A stretch of 64,000 nucleotides of DNA from Oceanispirochaeta sp. (GTDB lineage Bacteria; Spirochaetota; Spirochaetia; DSM-2461), in the NCBI GenBank assembly GCA_963663385.2, contig CAXXXD010000002.1:1504001-1568000 (forward strand). Reading direction: 5' to 3'. The translations under genes and the position numbers were made by a program. Each line of letters begins with the position of its first letter. The stretch's first letter is position 1. Positions 59,821-64,000 of the stretch are shown here, piece after piece. The notes beneath the pieces are model-generated. The model did no database searches and was not told the origin of the DNA. It saw only the letters and a program-made list of their open reading frames with translations.

Positions 59821-60830
59821 TACAGAAGTACGCTTTCATTAATGCCAAAGTTAAAGCACGCAGCAGCCTCCGACTGAGTGATGATTTTTTTCACACACTG
59901 GAGCGTACCCGTTCTTTGCCCGAAGCTGTACAGCTCTTCCGGGAAACCCCTTACCGGGAACTGACAACCGTATACAATGATACGGGAGACCTTCGTCTGC
60001 TGGAGAAGGTACTTTTACAGCAGGAGATTGATCTTTATCTTGGTATCCGGCGTTTTCTGCCGGAAGAAGCCGCCGCCTTTTCGGAATCCCTCTTTTTAAA
60101 ATATGAAACCAACAGTTTGAAATTTGCTCTGAGGCTATGGTTTGCCCAGAGTGTCAGGGGGCTGAATATCTCATCCCAGATGGGTTATTTTCTCCCGGTT
60201 GCCATAAGATACACAATTAATTACCCCGGGGTGATCAATGCTTCGGATCCTGAACAGGTTCTGGATCTGCTTTCTTCCACCCCATACGAAGCCGTGCTTA
60301 AACCCTATCTTTATCAATGCCGGCAGGAACAAACTCTTTTTTTCAGCGAATGGGCATTGGACAGCTACTATTACATTCAGGTCCTGAAAGGTCTCTCCCA
60401 TCTGGATCGCCTTGATAGAAAAGAGGCACTCAAGGTTGTCCGGCATCTTTTGGACAGGCAGAATCTGTTAACCATTCTTCTGTTCCGGACCTCTTCGGTT
60501 TTCCCCGGTGAGGATAGAACCCGATACTATCTGGAAGGCGGGGAAAAAATGGACCGGTCCCTTTTTCTGAAATCTCTCGACATGAATGATGCGGAATTCC
60601 GGGATGTTCTTCATAAACTGTTTCCTTCTCTCTCTTTCCGAGAGCTCAATCAGGCTTTTCCCCTTCTCTTTAAAGCGATGGAGAAAGACCTTAACTCCCT
60701 TTCCCGTAAGCTGGCCGCAGGCAATCCTTTTACCATAGGAATTATCCTGTCCTGGTATCTGAAGGGGCAGGAGGAACTGGCCGGAATAAGGAGAATACTC
60801 AACGATAAATATTACGAAGGAGACGGCTGA
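59817..60830 (+). CDS. atpC: V/A-type ATPase subunit C
   Basis: YAFINAKVKA, ETPY, YETNSLK, LDSYYY, D..NL. Confidence 0.88.
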   Translation: MIQKYAFINAKVKARSSLRLSDDFFHTLERTRSLPEAVQLFRETPYRELTTVYNDTGDLRLLEKVLLQQEIDLYLGIRRFLPEEAAAFSESLFLKYETNSLKFALRLWFAQSVRGLNISSQMGYFLPVAIRYTINYPGVINASDPEQVLDLLSSTPYEAVLKPYLYQCRQEQTLFFSEWALDSYYYIQVLKGLSHLDRLDRKEALKVVRHLLDRQNLLTILLFRTSSVFPGEDRTRYYLEGGEKMDRSLFLKSLDMNDAEFRDVLHKLFPSLSFRELNQAFPLLFKAMEKDLNSLSRKLAAGNPFTIGIILSWYLKGQEELAGIRRILNDKYYEGDG

Positions 60831-62833
60831 TGTTCTTCCCCGTGAAAATGAAGAAGCTATCTGTAATTGCGGCGGCAGAGTATGCTGATGATGTAACCCG
60901 GGTTCTGCTTAATGCGGGAACTGTGGATATCAGCGAGCCCAAGGAATATAGGGCATGGAATGGTGTAAAAGCCCGGGATGTGGCGATTCCCCAGGACCGG
61001 GTTAGGGATATCCGGCAGAGGATTGAAGGATTCCTGGCTATGGCTGAGGAGAATCCCTTTGAAACAGCCGTTCTGGATACGGAATCCATGATGCCTGTAA
61101 AACCGGAGAACTGCGACAAGGAACTGGATAAACTGGCAGCGGACCTGCAGGTTATACGGGAGAGCCAGAAAAATCTGCAGCAGGACCTGTTCCGCATGGA
61201 AGAACTGAAGGAACAGCTGGAAAAACTGCCTCAGATAGCCCGGGGTGTGGTTCCGGGAGAGAGCGTTTATATATCCATTCATACGGGCGTGCTTAAGAAG
61301 ATACATAAAGAAGCCTTTCTGAAAGCCCTGGACAATCTGAATACCATGTGCAAATGGGAAGATCAGGAAGGGGACTCTACCTTTATGGTCATTGTGGCTC
61401 TTAAAAGGGAAGAGAAGAATCTGGATCAGCTGCTGGAACGTTTTCACTGGACCTCCCGGTCCCTTCCGGCAGAAGCCGGCTCTTCGCCCGATGCCCTTCT
61501 TAACGAATTGAGAATCCGTATTACCGAGTGTCGTGACAGGCAGAATAAACGGAAGGAAGAGGCGAAGGCTCTGATCCTCAGCCGTAAGGAGGCGCTCCTC
61601 AGTCTGTGGCGGAATGTGCGGGTAAATGAATTGTACGATAAAGTTCAGCTTGAATTCGGAGAGACTGGCAGAACCATCCTGTTTACGGGATGGGTCCCTG
61701 CGGGATCGGCGGATAAGGTGGAGAAGAGACTCCGTTCGGTTTGTGCAGACAACCTTTATCTTGAGTGGCTGGATGTGAAAGATATAAAAGAGGTGAAGCG
61801 GGAAGATATACCGGTAGAACTGAATAACCCGGGGTTTCTGAAACCTTTTCAGCTATTGGTTGAGAACTACTCCCTTCCGGCTTATGGTACGATAGATCCC
61901 ACGCCTTTTACTGCTATATCTTTCTTCCTTATGTTCGGTCTTATGTTTGGTGATGTGGGGCAGGGGATTGTTATTATGCTTCTGGGCCTGCTGGGCAGCC
62001 GCCTTACGAAAAATAATACGACCCGTAAAAAGCTGGCTCAGCTGATTGGATGGTGCGGCCTGTCGGCTGTGCTTTTCGGCATCCTTTTCGGATCATGGTT
62101 CGGGTACCCCCTGTTTCCGCCCCTCTGGTTTGATTACCATGGAGTTGTAACAGGCCACTCTTCGGGAAATGCCTATATTGACTCTGTCTACGATATCCTG
62201 GGTCTGACTATCCGGTTCGGTATGGTTATCATTTTTACGGGGCTCTTTCTTAACTGGATTAATCTTTTCAGAAAAAGAGAGTGGATTGATCTTGTACTGG
62301 GCCGGACAGGGCTGCTGGGAGGCTGGATTTATGGCGCCGGCATATATACCGCCTGGGTATTTGTCGCATCCAGTTACAGAACCCTGCCGGATTCAGATCT
62401 GCTGGGGGGAATCCTCGGGGTGCCGGTTATTCTGCTCTTTCTTAAGGAACCCCTGGAAGCATGGCATCATAAGAAACCTTTCCGGCTCTCCATGATAGCG
62501 GACTTCCTGATGGAAGGTCTTGTGCAGATCCTTGAAACTTTCTCGGGATATCTGTCCAATACCCTTTCCTTTATGAGGGTGGCCGGATTGGGTATCGCCC
62601 ATGTCAGTCTGATGATGGCCTTTGCGGAAATGGCTGATCTTACAGACTCTTTCCTGTTCCGTTTTCTGGTTCTGCTGGCTGGAAATATCCTTGTTATCGC
62701 CCTGGAAGGACTCTCTGCCGGGATACAGTCCCTAAGACTGAACTATTATGAGTTTTTCTCAAAGTATTTTACAGGATCGGGCCGGGCATTTTCACCCGTA
62801 AGCCTGGGGCGCAGGAACACGGCAGAAAGTTAG
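60830..62833 (+). CDS. atpI: V/A-type ATPase subunit I (a)
   Basis: GWVP, PAYGTIDPTP, FGLMFGDVGQG, SNTLSFMR (essential Arg), LRLNYYEFFSKYF. Confidence 0.96.
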   Translation: MFFPVKMKKLSVIAAAEYADDVTRVLLNAGTVDISEPKEYRAWNGVKARDVAIPQDRVRDIRQRIEGFLAMAEENPFETAVLDTESMMPVKPENCDKELDKLAADLQVIRESQKNLQQDLFRMEELKEQLEKLPQIARGVVPGESVYISIHTGVLKKIHKEAFLKALDNLNTMCKWEDQEGDSTFMVIVALKREEKNLDQLLERFHWTSRSLPAEAGSSPDALLNELRIRITECRDRQNKRKEEAKALILSRKEALLSLWRNVRVNELYDKVQLEFGETGRTILFTGWVPAGSADKVEKRLRSVCADNLYLEWLDVKDIKEVKREDIPVELNNPGFLKPFQLLVENYSLPAYGTIDPTPFTAISFFLMFGLMFGDVGQGIVIMLLGLLGSRLTKNNTTRKKLAQLIGWCGLSAVLFGILFGSWFGYPLFPPLWFDYHGVVTGHSSGNAYIDSVYDILGLTIRFGMVIIFTGLFLNWINLFRKREWIDLVLGRTGLLGGWIYGAGIYTAWVFVASSYRTLPDSDLLGGILGVPVILLFLKEPLEAWHHKKPFRLSMIADFLMEGLVQILETFSGYLSNTLSFMRVAGLGIAHVSLMMAFAEMADLTDSFLFRFLVLLAGNILVIALEGLSAGIQSLRLNYYEFFSKYFTGSGRAFSPVSLGRRNTAES

Positions 62834-62841
62834 AAGTTGTT

Positions 62842-62866
62842 CCCGGAGGTATCCGGGTGTGTTTTT
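62842..62866 (+). other. Hairpin between the subunit I and K genes
   Basis: CCCGGA-GGTA-TCCGGG followed by TGTGTTTTT. Confidence 0.5.
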
Positions 62867-62926
62867 ATGGAAATAACAGGTGCTTTCTTTGATTGAGAGT
62901 ACCTTTAATGATCATGGAGGAATGAA

Positions 62927-63292
62927 GTGAATCAGAATCAGAGTAAATTCAGAACAAGAGTGGGGGGCAGCCTGGTGGGTTTGGCCCTTTTTATGATGCT
63001 TTTCACCCTTTTTACTGTAGTGCCGGTTGCGGCTGAAGACAGCAGCGGAACAGCGGTTATGACAGCCGAAATGGCCAGGGTAAGGCAGTGGGGGTTTATT
63101 GCCGCTGCAGCCGCTTTCGGATTTGGAGCTATCGGGGCCGGAATGGCTATTTCTTCTGTCGGGGCGGCAGCGATGGGCGCCATGAGTGAGAAACCGGAAA
63201 TCGGCGGACAGGCCCTGATTTTTATTGCCCTGGCGGAAGGGCTTGTTGTATTCGGCTTTATTACCGCCCTTATGATACTGGGAAAGTTTTAA
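62927..63292 (+). CDS. atpK: V/A-type ATPase proteolipid subunit K (c)
   Basis: GGAGGA RBS. N-terminal signal-like segment, then a single hairpin with GAMSEKPE and IALAEG. Confidence 0.93.
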   Translation: MNQNQSKFRTRVGGSLVGLALFMMLFTLFTVVPVAAEDSSGTAVMTAEMARVRQWGFIAAAAAFGFGAIGAGMAISSVGAAAMGAMSEKPEIGGQALIFIALAEGLVVFGFITALMILGKF

Positions 63293-63302
63293 ATCAGGGC
63301 AT

Positions 63303-63608
63303 ATGAAATTCTATCTGATCGGCGATGAAGATGCCCTGCTCGGGTTCGGAATGGTGGGCGTTGACGGGATTGCTGTCCGCAGCGCCGAAGAAGCCTCTCA
63401 TGCTCTGGAGCAGGTGCTGGAGAACCCGGACATAGGTATTATCCTGATTAATGAGAAAATCGCCGACCTGATAAGGGAGAAGGTTAACCTGTTTATCTTC
63501 AAACGGGAATTTCCCCTTATTCTGGAAATCCCCGATAGAAAGGGGCGTAAGGAAAACCGTAAGACTCTCCGCGAGCTGGTAAACGATGCCATAGGAATAC
63601 AATTATGA
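63303..63608 (+). CDS. atpF: V/A-type ATPase subunit F
   Basis: IGDEDALLGFGMVGVDG, IGIILINE, PLILEIP, AIG. Confidence 0.93.
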   Translation: MKFYLIGDEDALLGFGMVGVDGIAVRSAEEASHALEQVLENPDIGIILINEKIADLIREKVNLFIFKREFPLILEIPDRKGRKENRKTLRELVNDAIGIQL

Positions 63609-64000
63609 GTCCCGAGAACAGAACGGAACAACTGATGGAGAAAATCCGGCAGGATACTGAGGAGGAAGTCCGCGGCATTCTGGAAAAAGCCGGGAAAATC
63701 AGCAGGGACCGGAGAACGGCTCAGGAGAGCTGGGAACACCGGGAAGAGAAAAGCTGGCAGAAAAAGGAGAAGGAATTCCGCCGTGACCTTGACGAACGCC
63801 TTGAAGCGTCCTTCCGGATGGAAAGAAAGAAGCTTTTTCTGCAGGCTCAGGAGCATCTGATGCACCGGATTGAAGAGGAAGCCATGCATCGGATTGAAGA
63901 CAGCATGGGGAGCCCAGCCTACAGGGCATCACTGAAATCCTGGATTATTGAAGGGGTTCTCAGCTTAAGAGAGAGTCCCCTCATTTTAAAAGGCTCTGCC
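63605..64000 (+). CDS. atpE: V/A-type ATPase subunit E (partial)
   Basis: Translated by hand from ATG 63605 (ATGA overlap): MSPENRTEQLMEKIRQDTEEEVRGILEKA...ERKKLFLQAQEHL...YRASLKSWI. Open to the window end. Confidence 0.85.
   Translation, partial: MSPENRTEQLMEKIRQDTEEEVRGILEKAGKISRDRRTAQESWEHREEKSWQKKEKEFRRDLDERLEASFRMERKKLFLQAQEHLMHRIEEEAMHRIEDSMGSPAYRASLKSWIIEGVLSLRESPLILKGSA

Noticed and set aside
1..64000. tRNA, rRNA, riboswitch or IS elements
   Set aside because: Intergenic gaps are short and I recognised no such structures or transposase ORFs. An Rfam/Infernal scan would be needed to exclude small RNAs.

Overview
Core chromosomal region of a spirochete, probably a free-living Spirochaetaceae member (inferred from the flbB collar gene, FliY, the spirochete-type FlgE and a Treponema/Borrelia-like gene order). 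1-2.4 kb: an AT-richer radical SAM/SPASM gene, translationally coupled to a partial partner ORF and divergent from a nucleosidase-family gene. 2.5-15.5 kb: cheW, a DegT-like gene, nadK, recN, cdd, a beta-propeller/degenerate M23/methyltransferase trio, and a divergent two-GH57 alpha-glucan module. 15.67-64 kb: one co-oriented, tightly packed run of a reduced dcw cluster (mraZ to ftsZ), xerD-TPR-dprA-xerC-hslVU, the flagellar basal body/hook/motor/export cluster (flgB to fliA, fapA), a divergent CheA-like kinase and a V/A-type ATPase operon cut by the window edge. I saw no rRNA, tRNA, CRISPR array or mobile element. Best leads: the radical SAM pair plus nucleosidase, a Prp-type motif at the FlhB N-terminus, a higher-order G/M/Q repeat in FliY, two probable CTG starts, and CheA/V-ATPase coupling to the flagellar cluster. 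All family calls come from motif recognition by eye, not database searches.
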